A stretch of DNA of 64,000 nt from contig JAZSCO010000006.1 of NCBI GenBank assembly GCA_045602965.1, positions 3,008 through 67,007 on the forward strand, in the 5' to 3' direction. Shown here piece after piece: positions 49,254-59,132 of this stretch (position 1 is its first letter; the number at the start of each line of letters is the position of its first letter). The notes beneath the pieces were generated by a model. The model saw only the letters and a program-made list of their open reading frames with translations, ran no database searches and was not told the origin of the DNA. The DNA comes from Acutalibacteraceae bacterium. GTDB lineage: Bacteria > Bacillota > Clostridia > Oscillospirales > Acutalibacteraceae. The position numbers and the translations under genes are program-made.

Positions 49254-49766
49254 TCACTCGCTTTTCTTTTTTCTGTATCTGAAAAGCGCGATAAGAGAAG
49301 AAATTATGCCTGCAAGCTGTGCAAAAACAGCGGTTGAGCCGAGAATTGTATGATAAACCGTCCATGTTGTCATGTTGCCGAGAAGAAAAAGTCGGATATT
49401 CTGCTCTTTTTTCTGGAACATCGCCAGCATATAGAGAATTGCGGCAATGATTGAAAGAATATCAATCGGTTTTTCAAAACCGATCACACCGCCTGCAACA
49501 TAGAGAACAAGAAAAACTATTTTCTCCGCAAGCGAAATCTCGGTGTTCTTTTTTTCGTGCCAGAGAGAATCGATAATCTGAAAAACGGCGACGAGGCAAA
49601 TGATAACTCCCGAGCTGAATTTGTCGAGAAGAAGAATGTTCAGAGCCGAAAGCACATTGACTATTGCGGAAACAATGAGCATCGGTTTTTTGTTTTTAAT
49701 CTGCATTGTCAGAATTGCACCTGCAGTAACAACCAGCCCCAAAGCCTGACCGATATAATATGTCAT
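49254..49766 (-). CDS. YgjV-like inner membrane protein
   Basis: Short multi-TM protein; IGQALG..QIKNKK..IRLF..W..Y pattern. Confidence 0.65.
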   Translation of the reverse strand: MTYYIGQALGLVVTAGAILTMQIKNKKPMLIVSAIVNVLSALNILLLDKFSSGVIICLVAVFQIIDSLWHEKKNTEISLAEKIVFLVLYVAGGVIGFEKPIDILSIIAAILYMLAMFQKKEQNIRLFLLGNMTTWTVYHTILGSTAVFAQLAGIISSLIALFRYRKKKSE

Positions 49767-49871
49767 AAAATCACCCATAACAAAAAATCAATGTATTTTA
49801 TCACATTTATCACAAAATGACAATATATAAATATAACAAAAAGCGGTTCGATTAACGAACCGCTTTGATTA

Positions 49872-50636
49872 TTATGCATTTACCGTTTCATTTTTTTCGG
49901 ATTCTTTTTCTTCGGGTTCTTCTTTTTTATCATCGGGAAGAACAACCTTCTGTCTGGAAACAATGAAGTTTGTTACCGATGAAGCAAGGAAGAGCGCACC
50001 GCTTACGAAAACTCCCCAGCTCGGAGCACAGCTTACCGCGTCTGCAAGGGTGCCCGATGCAAGTATATCCGAAAGACTGTTGAAGCAATAGGCGCTTGCA
50101 AACATCATCATGCTTGCAACGAAATTGGTTATGCAGAGTCCGAGACTGTTGAATTTCTTGAAGTTAAGCATAAGAAAAACAAGGCTCACGAGAAGCGAAA
50201 GTGCGCTGAGAACAACCAAAAGAAGCGCAAGAAGGAACATGAGAGCTCCGTTGCCGATGACAGCTGAAGAGGGCCCTTTTAAAATTCCTCCGATGTCAAA
50301 ATTGAGTATGTTCATAACGATTGTGATTGCGTTGAGTGAGAAGGTCTCTTCAAAAAACGGAATCGCAACCGAAAGAGTGCCGAGAGGAAGAAGAAATGAG
50401 AAGAGAGGAAGAACGCTGATGGGGATTCTTGCAATTCTAAGCTTTGTTCCCACGAAAGAATATTTGAATTTTTTCATGGTTTCGCGAAGCTTTGCAAATG
50501 CAATTTCCGCCTCAATTGCGTCCTGTTCAAGACGGTTTTCCCAGTCATAGTTTGCTATATTAACGCCGCAATCGGGGCATTCCGCTTTGACATTCCATAT
50601 ATGAAGTTTACGGTTACACTTTGGACACTTAGCCAT
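49872..50636 (-). CDS. Hypothetical membrane protein with N-terminal zinc ribbon
   Basis: CPKC..CPDC followed by about 4 TM segments. Confidence 0.75.
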   Translation of the reverse strand: MAKCPKCNRKLHIWNVKAECPDCGVNIANYDWENRLEQDAIEAEIAFAKLRETMKKFKYSFVGTKLRIARIPISVLPLFSFLLPLGTLSVAIPFFEETFSLNAITIVMNILNFDIGGILKGPSSAVIGNGALMFLLALLLVVLSALSLLVSLVFLMLNFKKFNSLGLCITNFVASMMMFASAYCFNSLSDILASGTLADAVSCAPSWGVFVSGALFLASSVTNFIVSRQKVVLPDDKKEEPEEKESEKNETVNA

Positions 50637-50698
50637 AAAAACACACCTTTATAATTGATATTTCTATTTTATATATTTTGCAGTGTTATGTCAAGAAA

Positions 50699-51388
50699 TT
50701 ATTTCTGTCCGTAATATGCGCCTGCACCGTGTTTTCTGTAATAATGTTTTTTGCGGATATCTTCGCTGGCGGGTTTTGCCTCAAGAGTTTTGCTCAGATA
50801 AGCCATTTTTGCAACTTCTTCGAGAATTGCTGAATTTTTGGCGGCTTCCATTCCGTTTTTGCCCCATGTGAAAGGGCCGTGGGAATGAACCAGCACTGCG
50901 GGTACTGCATTGCAGTCGATACCGCCGTTTTCAAATGCTTCGGCAATAACCTTGCCTGTGTTCAGCTCGTATTCGCCTTCGATTTCTTCTTTTGTCAAAT
51001 CCCTTGTGCAGGGGACAGCACCGAATGCAAAATCGGCATGAGTTGTGCCGTAGCAGGGGATTTCGCTTGCTGCCTGAGCGAACGATACGGCAAAAGTGGA
51101 ATGCGTATGAGCAACGCCGCCTATTTCAGAGAAACGGCGGTAAAGCTCAAGATGGGTCGGTGTATCGGACGACGGATTGAGTCTGCCTTCAACTTTTTCA
51201 CCGTCAAGGTTCATAACAACCATGTCGTCGGGCGTCATCTTATCGTAATCAACGCCTGACGGTTTGATAACAACAAGTCCGCTTTCTCTGTCGATTTCCG
51301 AAACATTGCCCCATGTAAAAAGGACAAGTTTATATTCAACGAGCTTAAGGTTTGCTTCATATACTTTTTGTTTAAGATTTTCAAGCAT
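50699..51388 (-). CDS. araD: L-ribulose-5-phosphate 4-epimerase
   Basis: FTWGNVS, IKPSGV, PSSDTPTH, HTHS, GTTHAD, HGPFTWG, RKHGAGAYYGQ. Confidence 0.95.
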   Translation of the reverse strand: MLENLKQKVYEANLKLVEYKLVLFTWGNVSEIDRESGLVVIKPSGVDYDKMTPDDMVVMNLDGEKVEGRLNPSSDTPTHLELYRRFSEIGGVAHTHSTFAVSFAQAASEIPCYGTTHADFAFGAVPCTRDLTKEEIEGEYELNTGKVIAEAFENGGIDCNAVPAVLVHSHGPFTWGKNGMEAAKNSAILEEVAKMAYLSKTLEAKPASEDIRKKHYYRKHGAGAYYGQK

Positions 51389-51398
51389 AATTTTTCTC

Positions 51399-51950
51399 CT
51401 ATATGAAAAGTGATGCGGCAACGGTTGAATAAACATGGACGGGATCTCTGAGGAAATTGCTTTTGAGCTGTTCGGCTTGCTCATAGTCAGCCGCATAGAC
51501 GGTGAGCTCCATGAGAGGTATGCTTTTATGCATAACTCTGAAGGTTACGAAATATCCGTTGTCCGTTTTTTGAATATCCACGGTGTTTTCGCTCTCGCGT
51601 TTTTCGATAAGAAGGAGCTTCAAGGCGTCTGCAAGGGCGATTTCCTTGACGGTATTCGGCAATTCTTCAGCAAGTTCGCTGAGCGATAAAATACCCTTCG
51701 GAGTGATATAAAGCATTCCGTCGGACTCGGAAAGATTACCGTTTTCGACAAGGTCATCAATCGCCTGAGTGACCTCAAAATAATTTGCAAGTCCGTGAAG
51801 CTGAAGCGCCTCAATGATAATAGAGGTACTTATCGGCTCTTTTATGTTTGCAACGAGATAATTTATGAGAAGTTTTATCTGCGTTTTGCTTCTTAATCCG
51901 CCGGGTTCAACTCCCTGCGAAAAAGCATCGAATTCATTATGCATTGACAT
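51399..51950 (-). CDS. DUF4364-like winged-helix protein
   Basis: GGLRS..IKLLI..ANYFEV..ITPKG pattern. Confidence 0.7.
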   Translation of the reverse strand: MSMHNEFDAFSQGVEPGGLRSKTQIKLLINYLVANIKEPISTSIIIEALQLHGLANYFEVTQAIDDLVENGNLSESDGMLYITPKGILSLSELAEELPNTVKEIALADALKLLLIEKRESENTVDIQKTDNGYFVTFRVMHKSIPLMELTVYAADYEQAEQLKSNFLRDPVHVYSTVAASLFI

Positions 51951-53349
51951 TTGCACTCTCCCTGCGTTCCTGAAGTTCCTTTATAATTTTGTCTTTCTTC
52001 TTGCCCGTATAATTATTGAAAAACATCGGGATTGCACACAAAGCAAGGCTGATTGCGGGGATGATTGAAATCATTATAAACATACCTCTGAGAGTTTCGT
52101 CAGACTGAGCCTGTGCAAGCTCGATTGTTACGCCGAAATCGTTTTTGGACTTGATGGGCTCAACGTAGTTATATGCTTCGAGCACAAAGCTTGTTATAAG
52201 GGTTGAAATGCCTGCGGTAAGCTTGCTGATGAAGGTCTGAGATGCAAAGCATATGCCTTCGGAGCGTCTGCCTGTTTTCCACTCAAGATAATCAACGCTG
52301 TCGCCGACCATTGCGTAGGTAATAACATTGAAAATTCCCAGAGGAAGACCTACGATTGCAAGCACGGCAAGAAGTGCATAGAAATTGTTGTAGCCCATGA
52401 AATAGAGAACAACATGAATTGCTGCTCCGAAAAGAGCGGAACCGATATAGATTTGTTTCAAGGAAAACTTTTTGCGAAGTGTCGGCATGACGAGCATTGC
52501 AATCATCATACCTGCACCGATTGCAACTGTCATAACAACCTGAACCGAGCCGTGAGGTACTATACCCGAATCCTGAATAAGATATGTTGCGATATATGAA
52601 CCCGATGTCTGAGCCATAAGCATCGCAGAACCGAGGATGCTTGCAGCGATGAGAAGAAGCAAGGGTCTGTTTTTGGTATATGCGGAAATAACCTCTTTTA
52701 CCGAAATTTTGTTTTTGGGAGGCTGTTCAACCTTCTCTTTTGTGCCGAAGAATGCAAGGAGAGAAATCATTGAACCGGTTATTCCGAAAATAAGTCCGCC
52801 GACAAAATAACCTTTTGTTATGCCGAGAGAGGATGTGCGGAGTACGGGGATGAGAACGGTGGGAAGAATACCGCCGACGGTACTGCCGATTCTTGCGATT
52901 GAAAGAAATTTATTGCGTTCGTTTTCAAGAGGAGTAACAACAGCGCTCAAGCCCCAGAACGGAACGTCCTGAATGGTGAAACAGATACCCCAGATAATAT
53001 AAGTAATTGCAGCGTAAGCAACCTTTGCACCGTAGCTCTGAAAATCGGGAACAGAGAAAAGCGCAATTGTGGATGCCATGATGAGGAAGGGTGAGAAGAG
53101 CAGATAGGGACGGAGTTTGCCGAATTTGGATTTTGTTCGGTCGGCAATCATACCCATTACGGGATCGTTTGCTGCATCGAAAATTCTTGCACCGAAAATA
53201 ATCCAGCCTGCGTGAGTTGCCTGAATGCCGGCAGCGTCGGTATAGAAAATGAGCAGATATGTTGACATGAGAGTGTATATCATGCTTCTGCCGAAAGCTG
53301 ATGTTGCGAACGAGGCTATTTCACTCGTTTTAAGATATTTCTTTTCCAT
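51937..53349 (-). CDS. GPH family (MelB-like) MFS sugar:cation symporter
   Basis: RIFDAANDPVMG..DRTKSKFGKLRPYL, DVPFWGL, DSVDYLEWKTGRRSEG. Confidence 0.92.
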   Translation of the reverse strand: MEKKYLKTSEIASFATSAFGRSMIYTLMSTYLLIFYTDAAGIQATHAGWIIFGARIFDAANDPVMGMIADRTKSKFGKLRPYLLFSPFLIMASTIALFSVPDFQSYGAKVAYAAITYIIWGICFTIQDVPFWGLSAVVTPLENERNKFLSIARIGSTVGGILPTVLIPVLRTSSLGITKGYFVGGLIFGITGSMISLLAFFGTKEKVEQPPKNKISVKEVISAYTKNRPLLLLIAASILGSAMLMAQTSGSYIATYLIQDSGIVPHGSVQVVMTVAIGAGMMIAMLVMPTLRKKFSLKQIYIGSALFGAAIHVVLYFMGYNNFYALLAVLAIVGLPLGIFNVITYAMVGDSVDYLEWKTGRRSEGICFASQTFISKLTAGISTLITSFVLEAYNYVEPIKSKNDFGVTIELAQAQSDETLRGMFIMISIIPAISLALCAIPMFFNNYTGKKKDKIIKELQERRESANVNA

Positions 53350-53909
53350 TATTTGCTTCTCCTTCTGCCTTTGATGTTTTTGCGGTTGCTTCTGTTTGGA
53401 TACATGGGCTTGCCGTATTTACCTCTGTTGATAAGCTCGGGGGTCAGAAAACGCTCTTTGGTTGCAAATGCTCCGCATTCGTTCGACCAGCCTTCACAAT
53501 ATGCCCTGTAATATGAAACGCCTTTCATCTTGCGAAGTTTCACAAAATACGGAACGTTGCACCAGATAACAGAGGGAATTGCGATAACAAAGAGCCAGAG
53601 AGGTCCGAGGATGAGTGACTGCACGGTGTGTCCGTATTCGTGAATTTTTGTGTCGTGAAGAGCATCGCCTTCTCTGTTTTTATTGATGAAAATAAACATC
53701 CCTAGGGAAACTCCGCCGAAATTTTTCTTATCGATATATGTGATAAGAGCGTTGTGATACCATTCGCTCTTTGCGCCCTTTGATTTGTGAACGATGAGCA
53801 TGATGAGACCGATGATATTCTGAACGATTGCATAAGTAAATTGCCAGAGATAAAAAAGAACGGATTTTATAATTTTCAAATAATCACCCACTTTAACATA
53901 TATAAACAT
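53349..53909 (-). CDS. Hypothetical membrane protein with HExxH motif
   Basis: GGVSLGMFIF, HEYGHTVQS..LGPL. Confidence 0.7.
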   Translation of the reverse strand: MFIYVKVGDYLKIIKSVLFYLWQFTYAIVQNIIGLIMLIVHKSKGAKSEWYHNALITYIDKKNFGGVSLGMFIFINKNREGDALHDTKIHEYGHTVQSLILGPLWLFVIAIPSVIWCNVPYFVKLRKMKGVSYYRAYCEGWSNECGAFATKERFLTPELINRGKYGKPMYPNRSNRKNIKGRRRSK

Positions 53910-53969
53910 AATAACATAAACTCAAAAATAATGCAACAGATTATATATTAATTATAATCTTTATAAATG

Positions 53970-53998
53970 TTGACATTGCAGAAATCCTGTGTTATACT
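53970..53998 (+). promoter_or_regulatory. Sigma-A promoter of ileS
   Basis: TTGACA-17-TATACT with extended TG. Confidence 0.75.
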
Positions 53999-54072
53999 TT
54001 TTCAGTATATAAAATAGATTCGTGCGGTCTTTTTTGCCGCATACGATTCCAAATAAATCGGAGGAATGCATA

Positions 54073-57000
54073 ATGTACGAAAAAGTTTCATCGAATTTTG
54101 ATTTCGTCACCAGAGAAAAAGCAGTGCTTGATTTCTGGAAAGAAAATCAGATTTTCGAGAAGAGCATTGAAGAAAGAAAAGGTTGCCCGACCTACACTTT
54201 CTATGACGGTCCCCCTACCGCTAACGGTAAGCCTCATATCGGCCATGTTCTGACCCGTGTTATCAAGGATATGATTCCCAGATACCGCACAATGAAGGGA
54301 TACATGGTTCCCAGAAAAGCAGGCTGGGATACTCACGGTCTTCCCGTTGAGCTTGAAATCGAAAGGGAACTCGGCATCAACGGCAAAGAACAGATTGAAA
54401 ATTACGGTCTTGAACCCTTCATCGGCAGATGTAAGGAAAGCGTTTGGAAATATAAGGGAATGTGGGAAGATTTCTCCGGCACAGTCGGTTTCTGGGCAGA
54501 CATGAATGATCCCTATGTTACTTATCATGACAGCTACATTGAGTCCATCTGGTGGTCACTCAAGGAAATCTGGAACAAGGGTCTTCTTTACAAAGGCTTC
54601 AAGATTGTTCCCTATTGCCCCCGCTGCGGAACTCCTCTGTCATCCCACGAAGTTGCACAGGGCTATAAGGCAGTAAAAGAGCGTTCGGCAGTTGTAAGAT
54701 TCAAGGTTGTGGGCGAAGATGCTTATTTCCTTGCATGGACAACAACTCCCTGGACACTTCCCTCAAACTGCGCTCTCTGCGTAAATCCCGATGAAACCTA
54801 TTGCAAGGTAAAGGCTGCAGACGGATATACTTACTATATGGCACAGGCTCTGCTTGACAAAGTTCTCGGTTCACTCGGTGACAAAGAAAACGGTGTTGCA
54901 GCTTATGAAGTGCTTGAAACATATGTCGGAACAGACCTTGAATATAAAGAATATGAACCTCTCTTTGCCTGCGCAGGCGAAATTGCAAAGAAGCAGGATA
55001 AGAAGGCTCATTTTGTAACCGTTGACAACTATGTTACCATGTCCGACGGTACAGGTATTGTTCATATTGCACCCGCATTCGGTGAAGACGACGCAAAGGT
55101 CGGCAGAAACTACGATCTTCCTTTCGTTCAGTTTGTTGACGGTAAGGGTAACATGACAGACGAAACACCCTATGCAGGTATGTTTGTCAAGGATGCAGAC
55201 CCCAAGATCCTTGTTGATCTTGACAGCGAAGGCAAGCTTTTCTCAGCTCCCAAGTTTGAGCATGACTATCCCTTCTGCTGGAGATGCGACACTCCGCTTA
55301 TCTATTATGCAAGAGAGTCCTGGTTCATCAAGATGACAGCTGTTAAGGACAATCTTGTTAAAAATAATAACACAGTTAACTGGATTCCCGAAAGCATCGG
55401 TAAGGGCAGATTCGGCGACTGGCTTGAAAACATTCAGGACTGGGGCATCAGCCGTAACCGTTATTGGGGTACTCCTCTTAATATCTGGGAATGCGAATGC
55501 GGCCACAGACATTCAATCGGTTCAATTGCAGAGCTCAAGTCAATGAGCAGCAATTGTCCCGAAAAGATTGAACTTCACCGTCCGTTTATCGATGAAGTTA
55601 CAATCAAGTGCGAAAAGTGCGGCGGCGAAATGAAGAGAGTCCCTGAAGTTATCGACTGCTGGTACGATTCAGGTGCAATGCCCTTTGCACAGCATCATTA
55701 TCCGTTTGAAAACAAAGAACTCTTTGAACAGCAGTTCCCCGCAGAATTTATTTCTGAGGCTGTTGACCAGACAAGAGGCTGGTTCTATTCGCTTATGGCA
55801 ATCTCGACCCTTCTCTTTGACAAGTCCCCGTATAAGAACGTTATCGTTCTCGGTCTTGTTCAGGACGAAAACGGTCAGAAGATGTCAAAGTCCAAGGGTA
55901 ATGCCGTCGACCCGTTTGATGCACTTGCAAAGCACGGCGCAGATGCTATCCGTTGGTATTTCTATACCAATTCGGCACCCTGGCTTCCCAACCGTTTCCA
56001 CGATAATGCGGTTGTTGAAGGCAAGCGTAAGTTCATGGGTACTCTCTGGAATACCTATGCTTTCTATGTTCTTTATGCAAATATCGATAAATTCAATCCC
56101 GCAGAGCATGAGCTTGATTACGATAAGCTTTCCATCATGGATAAGTGGCTTCTTTCAAAGCTCAACACCACTATTGATATCGTTGACGGTTATCTTGATA
56201 ACTACGCTATTCCTGAAGCTGCAAAGGCACTTCAGAGCTTTGTTGACGATATGAGTAACTGGTATGTACGCCGCGGCAGAGAACGTTTCTGGGCACAGGG
56301 TCTTGAACAGGATAAGATCAATGCTTACATGACCCTTTACACAGCACTCGTAACAGTAGTAAAGCTTGCAGCTCCCATGATTCCTTTCATGGCAGAGGAT
56401 ATCTATCGCAACCTTGTTTGCAGCGTTGATAAGAATGCTCCCATCAGCGTTCATCTCTGTGATTATCCCGTTTCCGATGCAAAGCTTGTTAACGCAGACC
56501 TTGAAGCTTCAATGGACGAAGTTCTCAATATTGTTGTTCTCGGACGTGCTGCAAGAAATACTGCAAACATCAAGAACAGACAGCCTCTCGGCAAGATTTA
56601 CGCAACCGCTGCAAAGGCACTCGACAGAGATTTCTGCGAAATCATTGAGGACGAGCTTAATGTTAAGTCGCTTGAATTTGTAACCGATTCATCGGGATAT
56701 GTTTCCTATAACTTCAAGCCTCAGCTCAAGACACTCGGACCCAAGTACGGCAAGCTTCTCGGAGCTATCAGAAACTATCTTGCTTCTCTTGACGGTTCGG
56801 CTGCAAAGGCAGAGCTTGACGAAAAGGGTGCAATCAGCTTCACCGCAGACGGAACAGAAATTTCTCTTGCAGTTGAAGACCTTCTCATTGAAACAGTTCA
56901 GAAGGAAGGCTATCATGCAGAAAGCGGAAACGGCGTTACGGTTGTTCTTGATACAAACCTCACTGACGAACTCATCGAGGAAGGCTTCGTAAGAGAGCTT

Positions 57001-57228
57001 ATTTCCAAGATTCAGACTATGCGTAAAGACGCAGGCTTTGAGGTTATGGATACAATCAGGATTTATGTAAGCGGTAACGAAAAGATTGAAGCAATCTTTA
57101 ATGCAAACGCTGACGAAATCAAGCATGATGTTCTTGCAACCGATATCCTTACCGCAGCAGGCGGCTCTTACACCAAGGATTGGGATATCAACGGCGAAAA
57201 AGTAACCATGGGTGTTGAAAAGAACTGA
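54073..57228 (+). CDS. ileS: Isoleucine--tRNA ligase (type 2)
   Basis: FYDGPPTANGKPHIGH, GWDTHGLPVE, WTTTPWTL, ISRNRYWGTP, KMSKS; type-2 C-terminus without Zn finger; RBS GGAGG before ATG 54073. Confidence 0.97.
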   Translation: MYEKVSSNFDFVTREKAVLDFWKENQIFEKSIEERKGCPTYTFYDGPPTANGKPHIGHVLTRVIKDMIPRYRTMKGYMVPRKAGWDTHGLPVELEIERELGINGKEQIENYGLEPFIGRCKESVWKYKGMWEDFSGTVGFWADMNDPYVTYHDSYIESIWWSLKEIWNKGLLYKGFKIVPYCPRCGTPLSSHEVAQGYKAVKERSAVVRFKVVGEDAYFLAWTTTPWTLPSNCALCVNPDETYCKVKAADGYTYYMAQALLDKVLGSLGDKENGVAAYEVLETYVGTDLEYKEYEPLFACAGEIAKKQDKKAHFVTVDNYVTMSDGTGIVHIAPAFGEDDAKVGRNYDLPFVQFVDGKGNMTDETPYAGMFVKDADPKILVDLDSEGKLFSAPKFEHDYPFCWRCDTPLIYYARESWFIKMTAVKDNLVKNNNTVNWIPESIGKGRFGDWLENIQDWGISRNRYWGTPLNIWECECGHRHSIGSIAELKSMSSNCPEKIELHRPFIDEVTIKCEKCGGEMKRVPEVIDCWYDSGAMPFAQHHYPFENKELFEQQFPAEFISEAVDQTRGWFYSLMAISTLLFDKSPYKNVIVLGLVQDENGQKMSKSKGNAVDPFDALAKHGADAIRWYFYTNSAPWLPNRFHDNAVVEGKRKFMGTLWNTYAFYVLYANIDKFNPAEHELDYDKLSIMDKWLLSKLNTTIDIVDGYLDNYAIPEAAKALQSFVDDMSNWYVRRGRERFWAQGLEQDKINAYMTLYTALVTVVKLAAPMIPFMAEDIYRNLVCSVDKNAPISVHLCDYPVSDAKLVNADLEASMDEVLNIVVLGRAARNTANIKNRQPLGKIYATAAKALDRDFCEIIEDELNVKSLEFVTDSSGYVSYNFKPQLKTLGPKYGKLLGAIRNYLASLDGSAAKAELDEKGAISFTADGTEISLAVEDLLIETVQKEGYHAESGNGVTVVLDTNLTDELIEEGFVRELISKIQTMRKDAGFEVMDTIRIYVSGNEKIEAIFNANADEIKHDVLATDILTAAGGSYTKDWDINGEKVTMGVEKN

Positions 57229-57239
57229 ATAAAATAGTG

Positions 57240-57275
57240 AATCCCCGATGTTCTGCTGAACATCGGGGATTTTTT
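57240..57275. terminator. Terminator after ileS
   Basis: aatccccgatgttc-tgct-gaacatcggggatt followed by T-run. Confidence 0.85.
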
Positions 57276-57492
57276 ATTTTCTCTTATACGGTTCTTTTTC
57301 GTCGGTTAGTTCCAAAATATAATCAACGCTTGTATTATAGAATTTTGCAAGAATAATCAACACCTCAGACGGTACATCTCTTTGTCCCAATTCATATCTT
57401 GAATAGGCAACCTGAGTGCAGTTGAGGATTTGGGCTATATTTTTTTGCAGCAAATCACTGTCTTCACGCAATTCTCTGATTCGTCTGTACAT
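57274..57492 (-). CDS. XRE family HTH transcriptional regulator
   Basis: RIRELREDSDLLQ..YSRYELGQR..FYNTSVDYIL; paralogous to 8494..8706. Confidence 0.9.
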   Translation of the reverse strand: MYRRIRELREDSDLLQKNIAQILNCTQVAYSRYELGQRDVPSEVLIILAKFYNTSVDYILELTDEKEPYKRK

Positions 57493-57529
57493 ATTGATAT
57501 ACTCCGTAAGTTTTATATCAATATTATAG

Positions 57530-57576
57530 ACAAACCAAAGTGGTATATTGACAAATAAACCAAAATGGTTTACAGT
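57530..57576. promoter_or_regulatory. Divergent promoter with operator-like palindromes upstream of XRE gene
   Basis: + strand TTGACA(57548)-17-TACAGT; TAAACCA-aaa-TGGTTTA in the spacer and a second AAACCA-aag-TGGTAT copy. Confidence 0.6.
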
Positions 57577-57622
57577 AAGGAAATATAAAAAGTTGCCTCA
57601 CAGAAGAGAGACAACTTTGATT

Positions 57623-58135
57623 TTAAAATCTGTCAAAAATTTTTGTTTTTCTGACCGCATAATAAAGCGGTATTCCGCCTGCAACGCAGACTGCAAGTTC
57701 TCCTGCCGCAACTTCAAGCGCATAAATCGCAAACGTTGCGAGTCTGGTTTTGTCCGTCGGCAGCAGTGCTGTCAATTCCGCACCGACTATGAGTGCATTG
57801 AAAATAACGGGCATAATAAGTGAGAGAACGGGGAAACCTCTGAATTTGATATTTCTCAATGCGCGCGCGGTTATTGCCGCAAGAAGTGTTGCGAGCGAAC
57901 CGAACACGATGTCCCATACTCCGAAAGGGCTCGAAAGATTGCCGATAATGCATCCGACGGTGAGTCCGGGAATTGCCGCAGGGGTAAATACGGAAAGAAT
58001 TGTCAGCGCTTCAGACATACGAAACTGAATATTTCCGTAAGCGATTGCAAAAACCGCACATAAATAGGTTGCCGCGGCATAGATTGCCGCTATCATGGCA
58101 CCGTGCGCCATGACAAGGATTTTTTTCTTGTTCAT
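57623..58135 (-). CDS. queT: QueT family queuosine precursor transporter
   Basis: AMIAAIY..YGNIQFRMSEAL..PGLTVGCIIGN..DIVFGSLATL; preQ1 riboswitch upstream. Confidence 0.92.
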   Translation of the reverse strand: MNKKKILVMAHGAMIAAIYAAATYLCAVFAIAYGNIQFRMSEALTILSVFTPAAIPGLTVGCIIGNLSSPFGVWDIVFGSLATLLAAITARALRNIKFRGFPVLSLIMPVIFNALIVGAELTALLPTDKTRLATFAIYALEVAAGELAVCVAGGIPLYYAVRKTKIFDRF

Positions 58136-58164
58136 TCTGATGCTCCTTTTGCTGCCGTGCAGCG

Positions 58165-58220
58165 CCTTTAGTTTTGTTTAGCACCGAGCAGATGCCCGTC
58201 AGGAAGGTTACGAACTGACG
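58165..58220 (-). ncRNA. preQ1 class I riboswitch
   Basis: CGTCAG-TTCGTAACCTTC-CTGACG stem-loop, then A-rich tail AAACAAAACTAAAGG, directly upstream of queT. Confidence 0.8.
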
Positions 58221-58242
58221 TTGTTTTTTTACTCTGTCTATA

Positions 58243-59028
58243 TCAAAGATATTCAGCAAGAGCCTTGAGATTCTCAACGGCTACGCTTGCCTTTATATCT
58301 GAGTTTGCATATTCTTCGGGAGTGGTTACGCCGCTGTAAACAAGGGCGCAGGGAATTCCGTGGTTTGCACCGATTGCAATATCCGTTGCGAGCCTGTCGC
58401 CGACAAATGCAAGCTCATCTCTTTCGCAACCGAGCATTTCGGTTATATAGTCAACAGTTGCTGTCATCGGTTTACCAAGCACGACGGGTCTTTTGCCTGT
58501 TGATGCGGCAAAAAGCTCAATCATTGAGCCTGTGTCAGGCATATAACCGTCTGCGGTGGGGCAGTTAAGATCGGGGTGGGTTGCAAGGTAAACTGCACCG
58601 CCGTCAATATAACGGACAGCATCCCACATCTTCTGATAGGTGAGAGTGGTGTCAAATCCGAGCACAACGATGTCGGGATTTTCGCTCACGAGATTGATAC
58701 CTGCTTTTTCAAAATCGCCTGTCAGTCTTTCGTTACCGAGCAGGAAAACTTTCTTGCCTGCATAGTTTTTGTTGAGATAGTCGGCGGCAACGTGGGATGA
58801 AATAATAACTCTGTTTTCATCAACGGGGAAACCCATTTTTTCAAGTTTTGCACGGCAGACTTCAACATTATTCGAAGAGTTGTTTGTGAAAAAATAAAAA
58901 TCTCTGCCGCTTTCTCTTACCTTTTCAATGAAATCCTTGGAGCCTTCAATGATATTTCCGTCAAGATAGAAAGTGCCGTCCATATCAATAATAAAATATT
59001 TTGTTTTTTCAAAAATACAATTTGCCAT
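58243..59028 (-). CDS. HAD-IIA family hydrolase (NagD-like)
   Basis: IDMDGTFY, FTNNSS, ATHPD, GKP, VGDRLATDI. Confidence 0.93.
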   Translation of the reverse strand: MANCIFEKTKYFIIDMDGTFYLDGNIIEGSKDFIEKVRESGRDFYFFTNNSSNNVEVCRAKLEKMGFPVDENRVIISSHVAADYLNKNYAGKKVFLLGNERLTGDFEKAGINLVSENPDIVVLGFDTTLTYQKMWDAVRYIDGGAVYLATHPDLNCPTADGYMPDTGSMIELFAASTGKRPVVLGKPMTATVDYITEMLGCERDELAFVGDRLATDIAIGANHGIPCALVYSGVTTPEEYANSDIKASVAVENLKALAEYL

Positions 59029-59132
59029 TTTATTACTCCTCCACAAAATTGTGACAATTCGGAACAATTGCTCAAAACACATCCGAATAAATGTATATTA
59101 TAACTGTAAAAAACGAAAGGATGTGAGGTGTG

